From the IMG/VR virus record IMGVR_UViG_3300015371_000008, positions 25,221 through 89,220 of that record: a DNA stretch of 64,000 nt, one strand, 5' to 3'. A program made the position numbers and the translations under genes. Source of the DNA: a virus. Of this stretch, positions 17,933-26,582 are shown one piece after another (within the stretch, counting starts at the first letter, position 1; the number at the start of each line of letters is the position of its first letter). The notes beneath the pieces are model-generated. The model worked only from the letters and a program-made list of their open reading frames with translations, was not told the DNA's origin and searched no databases.

Positions 17933-18777
17933 CGGATCTTCCCTGTCTCGGGGCAGATGGAGTCGAGGCGGTGCTGCTGACCGGTGAAGCGGGTGATGGT
18001 GGCGCGGCGGCCGAAGTTGTTGACGTGGACCACGTCGTAGGTCTCCAACGTCCCGGACACGGCGCCCTGCTGCCGCCATGTGGTCACGAGGTCGCGGGCT
18101 GACGCTTCGGTCAGGCCGAACTGTGCTGCGGTGCTGCCCCGGTCGGATTCCCAGCGCAGTTCGTAGGCAAGGTGATGCTCATGCCCCTCAGGAACGTAGG
18201 CGACCGGCTTCCGGTAAGGATACGGAGCGCCGACGGCCGGGACCGGCTTACCGTCCACCTCGTACGGCATGACGCCGAACGAGCGGACCCAGCCGACCAC
18301 CGGGTGATCAGGCAGGTACAGGAAGGTTCCGGTGACGACGCGCCTGGCGTGGTCGATCTTCACGTCCTTCGCGCGCAGCGCTTCCGCCGACATCGCAATG
18401 TCGCGCAGGCGCCGGTCGATCTCTTCCTGCGGCATGTCCCGGGACGGGGTGACGGTGTCGCGGGTGCCCATCATGAACGAGCCTGCGATCTTGTATTCGG
18501 CGTGCCGGAAGTTGGCGGTCGCCTCGAATGCGAAACGGTTCTCCGCCCCGTACGGCATCCACGGGTAGACGCTGACGTCAGGGTCGGTCCAGTAGGCGAC
18601 GCCGCCACCCGTGCACGGCACGTACCTGTGCGGCAGCATCTCTGTCAGCTTCACCGACGGGGAACACGTGCGGGTCATCTCCCGCAGGTGGTGACCGAGG
18701 ACGAAGGTGCAGGTGTCGTGGGCGTCGGCGATCTCCTGCATCGACACCGGCCTCTTGTCCAAGCTGTAGTGGCTCAT
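17929..18777 (-). CDS. Hypothetical protein
   Basis: 282-aa coupled ORF. Confidence 0.65.
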   Translation of the reverse strand: MSHYSLDKRPVSMQEIADAHDTCTFVLGHHLREMTRTCSPSVKLTEMLPHRYVPCTGGGVAYWTDPDVSVYPWMPYGAENRFAFEATANFRHAEYKIAGSFMMGTRDTVTPSRDMPQEEIDRRLRDIAMSAEALRAKDVKIDHARRVVTGTFLYLPDHPVVGWVRSFGVMPYEVDGKPVPAVGAPYPYRKPVAYVPEGHEHHLAYELRWESDRGSTAAQFGLTEASARDLVTTWRQQGAVSGTLETYDVVHVNNFGRRATITRFTGQQHRLDSICPETGKIR

Positions 18778-19085
18778 GACGCCGCCTGTCGCAGGGCTGC
18801 CGCACGCTGGTCGATCAAGTACAGCAGGGTCTCGAACATGTCGAGGGTCATGGTCACGGCCGTCACCTCAAGTTTCGGGAGGCCGTCCGGGCGCGGACCG
18901 TACAGGTAGTCGATCAGGGAGGCGAACATGGCGCCGGTCAGGGTCAGCCCGGTCACGGTGCCGTCGATGCCGCGCTTCAGCTCGATCGGCTCGAACATGA
19001 TGCGGGACGCGATTCTGCCGTTTACCGCGTACTGGCCGAACTCGTCGATCAGCTTGGCGGCACGTTCCTCGGTGGTGGTGTTCAT
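18774..19085 (-). CDS. Hypothetical protein
   Basis: GAGGAG RBS before MNTTTEER. Confidence 0.6.
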   Translation of the reverse strand: MNTTTEERAAKLIDEFGQYAVNGRIASRIMFEPIELKRGIDGTVTGLTLTGAMFASLIDYLYGPRPDGLPKLEVTAVTMTLDMFETLLYLIDQRAAALRQAAS

Positions 19086-19210
19086 GGTCAGCTCCTCGTG
19101 AAGTAGTCGGCGACGGCGGTACGAACGGAGCGCATCGCCTGGTGCTTGTAGCGTCACCGTCAAGGCGCAGGAAACGCCCCCGGACCACGAGATCCGAGGG
19201 CGCAGGCCGG

Positions 19211-19774
19211 TCAGCCGCACTGCATGAAGTGGACCTGCTCCAGGCCCTCCTCCAGCGGCCACAGGAAGCGGGCGCTGGCCGGGTCGTCCAGGGTGGCCGT
19301 CGGCTCGTCCCAGTCCTGGGACGGGTTGACGTACAGCCAGCCGTTCCGGGGGAGGGAGATGGTCCAGGCGTTGTCGGCGTGCTTCTCCATCACGATGTCG
19401 TCGTGCTGGCCGTCGCCGCCGTAGAACTTGCAGTCGCCGTGGCAGAGCTGGGCGGGGAAGTCGAACCGGGTCACCTTGTCGATGTGTCGGATGGCCGGAT
19501 GGCTGAGGACAGAGTCGGCGAAGTTCACGTAGAACGCGGACGCGTACGGCTTCGCCGCCTCCTTGGCCTCGTCCATGGTGATGTGGAAGCTTTCGGCCTT
19601 CGAGGTGTCGAACATCTGCTTGGGCAGGTTGACCTTCAGTCGATAGCCGAACTGGAGGACGCGGTCGATCTCGAAGGCGGCGAAGGCGCCGCCGACGCTA
19701 CCGGTGGCGTTGTGCCGATCGTGGTTGTAGTGGGTCCAGTGGATGTCAACGTTCAGGGCGTTCGTGTCGGCCAT
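19211..19774 (-). CDS. Hypothetical protein
   Basis: AGGAG RBS after a promoter cassette. Confidence 0.65.
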   Translation of the reverse strand: MADTNALNVDIHWTHYNHDRHNATGSVGGAFAAFEIDRVLQFGYRLKVNLPKQMFDTSKAESFHITMDEAKEAAKPYASAFYVNFADSVLSHPAIRHIDKVTRFDFPAQLCHGDCKFYGGDGQHDDIVMEKHADNAWTISLPRNGWLYVNPSQDWDEPTATLDDPASARFLWPLEEGLEQVHFMQCG

Positions 19775-19784
19775 GCCTACTCCT

Positions 19785-19835
19785 GGGTTCGGGTCGCTCT
19801 CAACCCCTTCAGTGTACATCCATTTAGCGTCTTTG
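19785..19835 (-). promoter_or_regulatory. CTAAATG-box promoter (no clear -35) plus leader
   Basis: CGCTAAATGGATG-TACACT; GAGAGCGAC. Confidence 0.7.
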
Positions 19836-19840
19836 GGGGG

Positions 19841-20206
19841 TTATTCGACGGGCGGATTTTCAATGATGCGGCGGGCGTAGCGGACCGCCTCCGGGATCCC
19901 CTCGTCCGGGTGGCGGAGAGAGTCGTAGATCTCGACCTGTTCGCGGTTGGGCCGATCGCGGGCGGCCAGAAGGGCGGCGATGGCCTCCTCCACTGAGGCG
20001 TGGTGGGTGGCCGGGCCGACAGCGAACAGGGGGGAGGCGTGGAAGGGGAGGCGGTCGTGGATGCCGGGTTCGCACAGGGCGTCTTGGTGACTGGTGTCCT
20101 CGTGCGGGGCGGGTGCCTTGTCGGGCCAGTAGCAGCCGAGGAGGGCGCCGTCTGCGTAGACGCTGCGTCCTTTGACGCGGAAAGGCTGGGTTGTGATGTC
20201 TGGCAT
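19841..20206 (-). CDS. Hypothetical protein
   Basis: GGAG RBS after a promoter cassette. Confidence 0.6.
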   Translation of the reverse strand: MPDITTQPFRVKGRSVYADGALLGCYWPDKAPAPHEDTSHQDALCEPGIHDRLPFHASPLFAVGPATHHASVEEAIAALLAARDRPNREQVEIYDSLRHPDEGIPEAVRYARRIIENPPVE

Positions 20207-20231
20207 GGGCTTGCTCCGTGGTGCGTGTGGT

Positions 20232-20270
20232 GTCGCTCTTCAAGCCATGTCAGGCTACATGCATTTAGTG
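20232..20270 (-). promoter_or_regulatory. CTAAATG-box promoter plus leader
   Basis: CACTAAATGCATG-TAGCCT; AAGAGCGAC. Confidence 0.6.
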
Positions 20271-20338
20271 TTTCGGTGTAGATGCCTGTGGGGCTCAACC
20301 GTGTCACGGTGACCGGTCAAGCCCCACGTCAGAGGTGT

Positions 20339-20620
20339 TCACGCTGAGTCGCTGCGCAGTGTCTCCAGGTAAGGGTTGTGCGGGCCGGGCTTGACGATGC
20401 CGGTCTCGCGGGCGTAGCGGACCCGGGCCAGTTCCCACGCCATCGACAGGGCGCCGGTGATGGATCGCGGGGAGTTGTGGGCCACATCGTCGATCAGCGC
20501 CGACAGGCGCTCCAGATCAGTCCGACTGGCGCGGGCGAGCTTGTTCAGTTCGGCTGTGCGGGGGTCGGAGGGGGTGCGGCCCCGGCGGGGGCCGAGGGTG
20601 AGTTCGCGGGCGCGGCTCAC
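20339..20620 (-). CDS. Hypothetical protein
   Basis: GTGA-coupled ORF. Confidence 0.5.
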   Translation of the reverse strand: MSRARELTLGPRRGRTPSDPRTAELNKLARASRTDLERLSALIDDVAHNSPRSITGALSMAWELARVRYARETGIVKPGPHNPYLETLRSDSA

Positions 20621-20793
20621 CGGCCCGTCTCCCGCCGTACCGTCTTGATCACCATGATGACGACGAGGGCGGCCCAGTGGGCGGCGCACGTGGTCAGGGC
20701 CATCCAGGCGCCCAGTTCCGGGGTGATGACGCCGACGGCCATCAGGAGGGTGAAGACGGCCAGGAAGCCGAGCACGGACGCGGTGAACTTCAT
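20617..20793 (-). CDS. Small membrane protein
   Basis: Two hydrophobic helices. Confidence 0.55.
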   Translation of the reverse strand: MKFTASVLGFLAVFTLLMAVGVITPELGAWMALTTCAAHWAALVVIMVIKTVRRETGR

Positions 20794-20867
20794 CGGCCGC
20801 TCGCCACCTTTACGGTGGCGTAGGCCAGGACGGCGCTGATCTGGATGACGATGACGGTGACGATCAT
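20790..20867 (-). CDS. 25-aa hydrophobic peptide
   Basis: MIVTVIVIQISAVLAYATVKVASGR; first ORF after a promoter cassette with AGGAG RBS; ATGA-coupled to the next gene. Confidence 0.5.
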   Translation of the reverse strand: MIVTVIVIQISAVLAYATVKVASGR

Positions 20868-20881
20868 TTCTTACTCCTGTG

Positions 20882-20936
20882 GTGTTGGTCGCTCTCCAAC
20901 ACTCCAAAGATACAGTCATTTAGCGTCTCGGGTCAA
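20882..20936 (-). promoter_or_regulatory. CTAAATG-box promoter plus leader hairpin
   Basis: TTGACC-18-TATCTT; GTGTTGG-AGAGCGA-CCAACAC. Confidence 0.8.
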
Positions 20937-21577
20937 GGGGTTTTGACGAGGTCGAAGAACTCGCTGCGCATCGCCACACTGTCCCGGAACGAGCCGCGCA
21001 GGTGCGACGTCACCATGGCCGCGCCGACCGCGCGGGCTCCCCGCAGCGTCATGCAGGAGTGCGCTGACCGGATCACGCACGCCGCCCCCTCGGTGTCGAG
21101 GTTGCGGACGATCGCGTCCACGATCTGATCGCCGAGGCGTTCCTGCATCTGCGGCCGGGCCGCGTACTCCTGCACGATCCGGGCCAGCTTCGACAGGCCG
21201 ACCACGCGGGCGCCCGGCGCTGGAACGTAGCCGACGGCGGCCGTGCCGGTGAAGGCGAGGAGGTGGTGTTCGCAGATTGAGGTGAACGCGATACCCGGCA
21301 CGATGATCATGCCGGGGTTGTTCGACGGCGGCGGGAATGTCCGGGCGAAGTGCCGGTCCGGGTCGGCCCGAGTTCCGGCCGTCAGCTCGACCAGGGCGCG
21401 CACGAACCGGCCCGGCGTCTCCTCGGTGCCGTCGTCGTCGCACGGCATCCCCAGCGCCCGCAGCATCGCGCGGGCATGCATGACGGCGACGTTGAAGTCC
21501 CCGGCCGCTTCCGGGTCCGTCTCGATGTAGCCGACCGGGTCCGGCAACCCGTACGTGTAGATCTCTTCTACGGCCAT
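20933..21577 (-). CDS. folE: GTP cyclohydrolase I
   Basis: ETPGR, SICEHHLLAF, VVGLSKLARIV, RPQMQERL, HSCMTLRG. Confidence 0.96.
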   Translation of the reverse strand: MAVEEIYTYGLPDPVGYIETDPEAAGDFNVAVMHARAMLRALGMPCDDDGTEETPGRFVRALVELTAGTRADPDRHFARTFPPPSNNPGMIIVPGIAFTSICEHHLLAFTGTAAVGYVPAPGARVVGLSKLARIVQEYAARPQMQERLGDQIVDAIVRNLDTEGAACVIRSAHSCMTLRGARAVGAAMVTSHLRGSFRDSVAMRSEFFDLVKTP

Positions 21578-22314
21578 CAGCGCCCCCGCTCGTCTCCCCA
21601 GAGCAGCACATGCATGCGATGGGTGTAGTTGAACCGGTAGAACAGCGCCTGCTCTACGGTGTTCCTGGTGGTGACGGCCAGCACTTCGGCGCTCCGCCCC
21701 TCCGGCATGATCCAGACGCGTTCGGCCGGGATGTCCAGGTCAGTGACGTAGGCGGCGACCGCATCGACGTCAGAGGCGATACGGCATACCCACTTGAAGA
21801 CGGCTTTGCCCGTGTCGCGGAACGCGGTCAGCACCTCGGGCCGGATCCGCTTCTCCTCGCTCATCCCGGCGTGCGCCAACTTGGGGCTCACGTTGAACTG
21901 GCTTACGCAGGCAACCGTGTAGGCGTCGGGGGTGATGGTGCCGTTCGTCTCCACCTCCACCCGTTTGCCGAGCCGCTTCAGCCCGTCCAGCAGGCTGCGC
22001 CATCCCTCCTGCTGCTGGTGCAGTAGCGGTTCACCGCCGGTGATGACGACCATGTCGGCGCCGTGCTGCTCCACTTCGGCCAGGATCCCGGCGACCGGCG
22101 CCCGCGTCAGCTCCTCGCGCAGGTTGTAGCGGTCGGCGTTCCAGGTGTATTGGGTATCGCACCAGCCGCAGGACAGGTTGCAGCCGCCAGTGCGGACGAA
22201 CGACGCCGTACGGCCCGCCGACGCTCCTTCGCCTTGCCAGGTTGGGCCGAAGCATTCGGCGATCACCAGGGATTCGTCTGTGCTGAACAGCTCAACCGGG
22301 GGGGTGTCGGTCAT
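21577..22314 (-). CDS. queE: 7-carboxy-7-deazaguanine synthase (radical SAM)
   Basis: GPTWQGEG, FVRTGGCNLSCGWCDT, VITGGEPLL, VETNGT, VSPKL, WIMPEG. Confidence 0.95.
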   Translation of the reverse strand: MTDTPPVELFSTDESLVIAECFGPTWQGEGASAGRTASFVRTGGCNLSCGWCDTQYTWNADRYNLREELTRAPVAGILAEVEQHGADMVVITGGEPLLHQQQEGWRSLLDGLKRLGKRVEVETNGTITPDAYTVACVSQFNVSPKLAHAGMSEEKRIRPEVLTAFRDTGKAVFKWVCRIASDVDAVAAYVTDLDIPAERVWIMPEGRSAEVLAVTTRNTVEQALFYRFNYTHRMHVLLWGDERGR

Positions 22315-22817
22315 GCGCTCTCCCGTAGGGGTTGGGTGGCTCGGGACCACACCTCGCGCACGGTGACGCGGGGGGCGGGCGCCTCCCACTCTGCCGCGTT
22401 GACGTGGGTCTCCGTCACCACAACGCGCGCAATGTGGGTGCCGTCCGGCGGTTCCGGCGGCAGCCACATGACGGCCCGGTCGGCGATCATCTCCGCGACC
22501 GCCTCCACCGTCGGCCAGTCGGCGCCGGGCCAGTCGTAGCCGAACCGGAACACCTTGCAGCCGTGCTCCAGCAGGATCTTGGCCAGCGGATCCTGATTGC
22601 CGAGCATGGCGCCGTGGTCAAGGTTGGTGTCGATCCAGGCGCGCATGTGCGCCTTGAAGCCGCCGAACTCCACGATCGTGCCGTAGCCGTCCAGTTCGGG
22701 GGCGGACACCGTTACCGTGGCCCACCAGGAGTGGCCGTGCAGGTTGGTGCACTTGTCGCCGAGTAGCGGCAGCCGGTGGGCCGCTTCGAAATTATGACGA
22801 ACGGAAATGGAGCGCAT
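22311..22817 (-). CDS. queD: 6-carboxy-5,6,7,8-tetrahydropterin synthase
   Basis: FEAAHRL, CTNLHGHSW, LDHG, PTVE, VTET. Confidence 0.93.
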   Translation of the reverse strand: MRSISVRHNFEAAHRLPLLGDKCTNLHGHSWWATVTVSAPELDGYGTIVEFGGFKAHMRAWIDTNLDHGAMLGNQDPLAKILLEHGCKVFRFGYDWPGADWPTVEAVAEMIADRAVMWLPPEPPDGTHIARVVVTETHVNAAEWEAPAPRVTVREVWSRATQPLRESA

Positions 22818-22861
22818 CCCCGGATCGTGGCGGGGATGCGCTCCTTGTGTCGCGGCCTGGG

Positions 22862-22981
22862 TCAGTCCAGGTTGCGGGACAGCCAGCGGTCGTATTCCGT
22901 TTCGCGGGCTGCCTGCTCCGTCTTCTCTTCGCAGGCCGGGGTGCAGACGAAGTGGCCGCAGTCAGAGCACATACTGTTCAT
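22862..22981 (-). CDS. Cys-rich microprotein (39 aa)
   Basis: MNSMCSDCGHFVCTPAC; GGGAG RBS. Confidence 0.45.
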   Translation of the reverse strand: MNSMCSDCGHFVCTPACEEKTEQAARETEYDRWLSRNLD

Positions 22982-23022
22982 GAATTTCTCCCTGGGGGGG
23001 TCGCAGGTTAGCGGTTGGGGGG

Positions 23023-23439
23023 TTAGGCGGCGCACTTGTCGGCGTCGCGGCAGAAGTGCTGGGCGGGGCCGCAGATGCGGGCGGCTTCGCGGATCGTCTT
23101 CGGGCTCCAGTAGCAGTCCCGCTCCACGTAGATCGGGACGGGCAGGCCGTACCTGGCCCGGCCCACCGTCTGCTCCAGGTCGCGCAGGTCGAAGTAGCAC
23201 AGCTCGGCACCCTGCGGGTTACCGGCCAGTCGGACGTAGCCGAATACTTCGCCGGTGGTGTCGAAGTCGTCGGCGAACTCGGTCACCCACCAGTCGCCTG
23301 CGGCGCCGAAGTAGTGGACGTGGACGGTGGCGTCCAGCCCCTTGCCTTCCTGGGCGTAGAGCTTCGGGTATTTGGCGAGTTCGCGGGCGGTGGGGTAGAA
23401 GCGGTGGCCGCGAAGGCGCCGGTTCTTCTCGATGAACAT
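23023..23439 (-). CDS. DUF2958-family protein
   Basis: DWWVTE..FGYV..AELCYFDLRDLE..GLP..VERDCYW pattern. Confidence 0.7.
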   Translation of the reverse strand: MFIEKNRRLRGHRFYPTARELAKYPKLYAQEGKGLDATVHVHYFGAAGDWWVTEFADDFDTTGEVFGYVRLAGNPQGAELCYFDLRDLEQTVGRARYGLPVPIYVERDCYWSPKTIREAARICGPAQHFCRDADKCAA

Positions 23440-23497
23440 CTGTTCTCCTGTGCGTCGCTCAAGGTGGGGGCCCCGGATCCCGGGGCCCATCGGCCGG

Positions 23498-23632
23498 TCA
23501 GAACATGCATCCCAGGCGGGCGACGACGATCTCCCAGGCCCACTCGCGGAAGGCGGGGACGAAGATCAGGGCGGCGATGTGGGCGACGAACAGCGTGACG
23601 CCGATAACGAAGGGGAGGTCGCTGCGCTTCAT
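23498..23632 (-). CDS. Small membrane protein (44 aa)
   Basis: AGGAG RBS after a promoter cassette; one TM helix. Confidence 0.55.
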   Translation of the reverse strand: MKRSDLPFVIGVTLFVAHIAALIFVPAFREWAWEIVVARLGCMF

Positions 23633-23644
23633 GATCTTCTCCTG

Positions 23645-23704
23645 GGGGTGTCGGTCGCTCTTTCCGATACCCCAAAGATACAGTCATTTAGCGCCTCAGG
23701 TCAA
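23645..23704 (-). promoter_or_regulatory. CTAAATG-box promoter plus leader hairpin
   Basis: TTGACC-18-TATCTT; GGGGTATCGG-AAAGAGCGA-CCGACACCCC. Confidence 0.8.
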
Positions 23705-24567
23705 GGGCCGTAGCCCATCGCGTTCATCACCGCGTACACCTCGCCCAGCCGGGCCGGACTCGTCGTCACGACGTTCCAGTGCAGCCGGTTCCAGAACTCG
23801 CGTGCCGGTTCGGTGAAGTCGATGCCGTCCGGATACGTCGCCTCCACCTGCCGCCGGTAGCCCCGGGCGGCGAACGCCACATACCGGTACAGGCAGGCCC
23901 AGCAGCGTCCGCAGTGGCCCGGCATGTCGGCGAAGCAGGAGCGGGCGGCCAAGGCGTCCTCCAGCCAGCCCCGGGCGGCCCACCATGACACGCAGTCGGC
24001 CTTGGACATGCCGATCAGTGGGGAGGACAGGCGGAAGTCGAAGCCGTTCGCGGTGGCCATGTGCTGCATGGTGGACGCCCACCGGAACGACTTGTCGCCG
24101 CCGACGATCGGTGTCTCCAGGTAGTTGCCGCCCAGGTGGCCGAACCAGACTTCGCCCCACCAGCCGTGAGCGTGCGCCCATTCCAGCAGCCGCCACACGA
24201 TGATCGAATTGCGGCCGATCTGGAAGTCTCCGACGGCGGTCCAGTCGTCGCCCACCTCCAGCATGTGCAGGCGGCCCTCAGTCAGCCGTAGCGCGGCTTC
24301 CCGGTCGCGGCGGGCGTACGGCACGCCGGTGGCCGCCATGACCGCCTCTACGGGCAATCCAGCGGCGCGGGCCATCCGGTAGCAGGTGGAGGAGTCCAGG
24401 CCGCCGGACACCGGGATGATGATCCGGAAACGCGGGTCGTCACGGTCGGCGTGCGGCAGCATCTGCCGCCGGAACGCGGTGTCGTCGCGACCCAGCCGCC
24501 ACACCGCGCCCGGGTCGCCGCCGTCCAGCGCCGTCATCTCTTCGACTGCGTCGCCGGGCAGGTTCAC
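23701..24567 (-). CDS. queC: 7-cyano-7-deazaguanine synthase QueC-like PP-loop ATPase
   Basis: SGGLDS PP-loop, GRN, SPLIGMSKAD, SC..HCGRCWAC Zn site; context with queD/queE/folE. Confidence 0.85.
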   Translation of the reverse strand: MNLPGDAVEEMTALDGGDPGAVWRLGRDDTAFRRQMLPHADRDDPRFRIIIPVSGGLDSSTCYRMARAAGLPVEAVMAATGVPYARRDREAALRLTEGRLHMLEVGDDWTAVGDFQIGRNSIIVWRLLEWAHAHGWWGEVWFGHLGGNYLETPIVGGDKSFRWASTMQHMATANGFDFRLSSPLIGMSKADCVSWWAARGWLEDALAARSCFADMPGHCGRCWACLYRYVAFAARGYRRQVEATYPDGIDFTEPAREFWNRLHWNVVTTSPARLGEVYAVMNAMGYGP

Positions 24568-25511
24568 GCTGCCGCCTCCTGTCGTGTGCGCTGCACGACC
24601 AGGTCCACGATCAGGTCGAAGTCGCCCTCCGATCCAACCGCGAGGTAGATCTTGGGGCCGTTGAAGTGGATTCCGGGCGGTGTCGGTACGTAACGGTGGA
24701 CGGCCAGGTGGTCGGCGTAGTTCATCCACGACAACAGTGCGGAGGAGGAGGTCCAGTCGCGTTCGGCCCGGCCCAGCTCCTTGCCGCGCATGCCGACGCG
24801 GGCGAAGCCAGGGTTGGCCAGAGCGACGGGATCGCCGCCATAGGCGCGCACCAGACTGGCGGAGGGGCGTCTAACTCCCCTTTTGATGTCGTCGGGGTGG
24901 CGCACGCACACCCATCGACCTCGCCCGCTATCGAAAAGGGTGATGGAGCCGTTGCGACTGCCCTGGGACCAGAAGGATGAGTCCACGCTGTAGAAGGGCA
25001 GCAGATCGGGGTAGGGCGGCCGGGTCATGCCGAGTCCGTGCAGGACGGCGCCGTGCGCTCGTGCGATCTTGTGGGCGCGGATGAGCCACTGCATCATCGC
25101 CTTGCCCCGGGCGTTGACGGCGACGCCGCCGCCGAGGGCGACGAACGGATGCGTCGCGCACCACCGTTCCAGTTCCGACCATGGCGAGCCGACGTGGAAG
25201 ATCGGGATGATGTAGGTGGCGTCGCCCACCATCTGCTCCAGTTCCAGGGTGTTGCGGCCGGACGCGGCCGGATCCCCGATGACGTCCAGTGTCATGGCGC
25301 AGTTGACGTACGGGCCGTATACCTGCAACCAGGTTGCATACCCCTTCAGCGAGATCGTCTTGCCTGTGGTGTAGGCGGTGAACGCCCCCGAGTCGGCCAT
25401 GAAATCCACCTCCACGCCCCGTTCCCGGGCCCGGCGGACCAGCTTGCCCAGGTCCGTCTTGGCGAAGTAGGCGAACGAGCCGAGGATGGTGACGCGGCGT
25501 TCAGGCTGCAC
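24564..25511 (-). CDS. TGT-fold (DpdA-like) DNA guanine transglycosylase candidate
   Basis: ADSGAF, LDVIGD, PIFH, VALGG, HGLG, YSVDSSFW motifs of the TGT-like barrel; sits in a preQ0 biosynthesis cluster. Confidence 0.75.
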   Translation of the reverse strand: MQPERRVTILGSFAYFAKTDLGKLVRRARERGVEVDFMADSGAFTAYTTGKTISLKGYATWLQVYGPYVNCAMTLDVIGDPAASGRNTLELEQMVGDATYIIPIFHVGSPWSELERWCATHPFVALGGGVAVNARGKAMMQWLIRAHKIARAHGAVLHGLGMTRPPYPDLLPFYSVDSSFWSQGSRNGSITLFDSGRGRWVCVRHPDDIKRGVRRPSASLVRAYGGDPVALANPGFARVGMRGKELGRAERDWTSSSALLSWMNYADHLAVHRYVPTPPGIHFNGPKIYLAVGSEGDFDLIVDLVVQRTRQEAAA

Positions 25512-26157
25512 TGTCGTGCGCCCACTCGATCAGCCGAATGAACCGGGCGGAGTCGTCCAGTTCCCCGTACGGCTCGGTCAAGTCCATGAAGAAGTTGCGG
25601 ATGTGCGGCGGCACCTTGAACCGCAGCAGCGGCCACAGGTCGGAGTCGTCGGGGTCGCCGTATTCCTTCTCCAGGTCGTCCAGGGTGGGCGGCTCACCCA
25701 GGGATGCGATCATGTCGTCCAGGTCGGTTTGGGAGTATCCGGCGAGTTCGAGCAGGTCGGGGTTGTCGTCGGCGATCTCGTCCAGGACTTCGACCAGGAG
25801 ACGGTCGTCCCAGCCGCCCAGTTCCGACAGCCGGTTGTCGGCCACCAGGTACGCCTCGGCTTCGGCGTCGGAGCGGGATGCCCAGCCGCGCACGATCGGG
25901 ACCAGCCAGTCGCCGTCGGCTTCGGTGACGCCTTCGGGCGGGGTGGCGCCGTCGGCGCGCATGGAGTCCAGGGCGGCCAGGCGGCCGTGCCCGGCGACGA
26001 GGCGGCCGGTGCGTTCGTCGAGGAGTCCGGCCATGGTGACGCCGAATTTTTCGATCGACGCGCGGATGGCGCTGGCTTGGTGCGCTTTCGGATTGCGGGT
26101 CGCGCGGGTGATGCCGGACAGGGGCAGGTGGTCGATGCGGCGGGAGGTGGTCGTCAC
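25501..26157 (-). CDS. ParB/Srx-like domain protein associated with DNA modification
   Basis: RNPKAH..IRASIEKFG..LVAGHGRLAAL..AYLVADNRLSELGGWD. Confidence 0.85.
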   Translation of the reverse strand: MTTTSRRIDHLPLSGITRATRNPKAHQASAIRASIEKFGVTMAGLLDERTGRLVAGHGRLAALDSMRADGATPPEGVTEADGDWLVPIVRGWASRSDAEAEAYLVADNRLSELGGWDDRLLVEVLDEIADDNPDLLELAGYSQTDLDDMIASLGEPPTLDDLEKEYGDPDDSDLWPLLRFKVPPHIRNFFMDLTEPYGELDDSARFIRLIEWAHDSAA

Positions 26158-26184
26158 GTCCGGCAGCGTGCCCGACGCCGGAGG

Positions 26185-26469
26185 TTAAGGTCGCGTCCTT
26201 TCGGCGCGGCCGAACAGCCACAGGATGTGGGTGACGACGACGTCCAGGCGGTGGGTGTCTCCGATCGTGTTGCCCCATTCGGAGATGTAGGCGCAGGCTC
26301 CCCGCACGGGCACGACGGTGATCTCTATTCCGGCGTCGTGAATGGCGGGTGGTCCTGCGTGCACGCAGGAGCTTCCGGCGTCGTCGGTGTAGGTGTAGCC
26401 CGGTAGGCCGTGTTCGGTGAGGCGCTGCATGAGGACCCGTCCGGCCGTCTGTGGTTCCCACCGTCGCAT
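26185..26469 (-). CDS. Hypothetical protein
   Basis: ORF in operon orientation; start uncertain. Confidence 0.4.
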   Translation of the reverse strand: MRRWEPQTAGRVLMQRLTEHGLPGYTYTDDAGSSCVHAGPPAIHDAGIEITVVPVRGACAYISEWGNTIGDTHRLDVVVTHILWLFGRAERTRP

Positions 26470-26582
26470 GATGCCCGCGCCGACCTTTCGTCGCTCCCGA
26501 AAGTCCTGCCACTTAGCGTTCGCATGACGATACGCCTCGTTACGCGGGAAGGTCTCGGGATCGTGCACCTTTTCGGCGCGTC

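Noticed and set aside
23468-23488. Simple GC hairpins at 11394, 15358, 23468, 38184, 47839, 54775 and 55666 as more three-way-junction elements
   Set aside because: They are unbranched and lack the YTCRNGR loop; treated as generic stabilising or terminator hairpins.
25501-26157. ParB-like gene as partner of parA
   Set aside because: It lacks an HTH and is coupled to the TGT-like gene; this ParB/Srx type accompanies DNA-modification enzymes.
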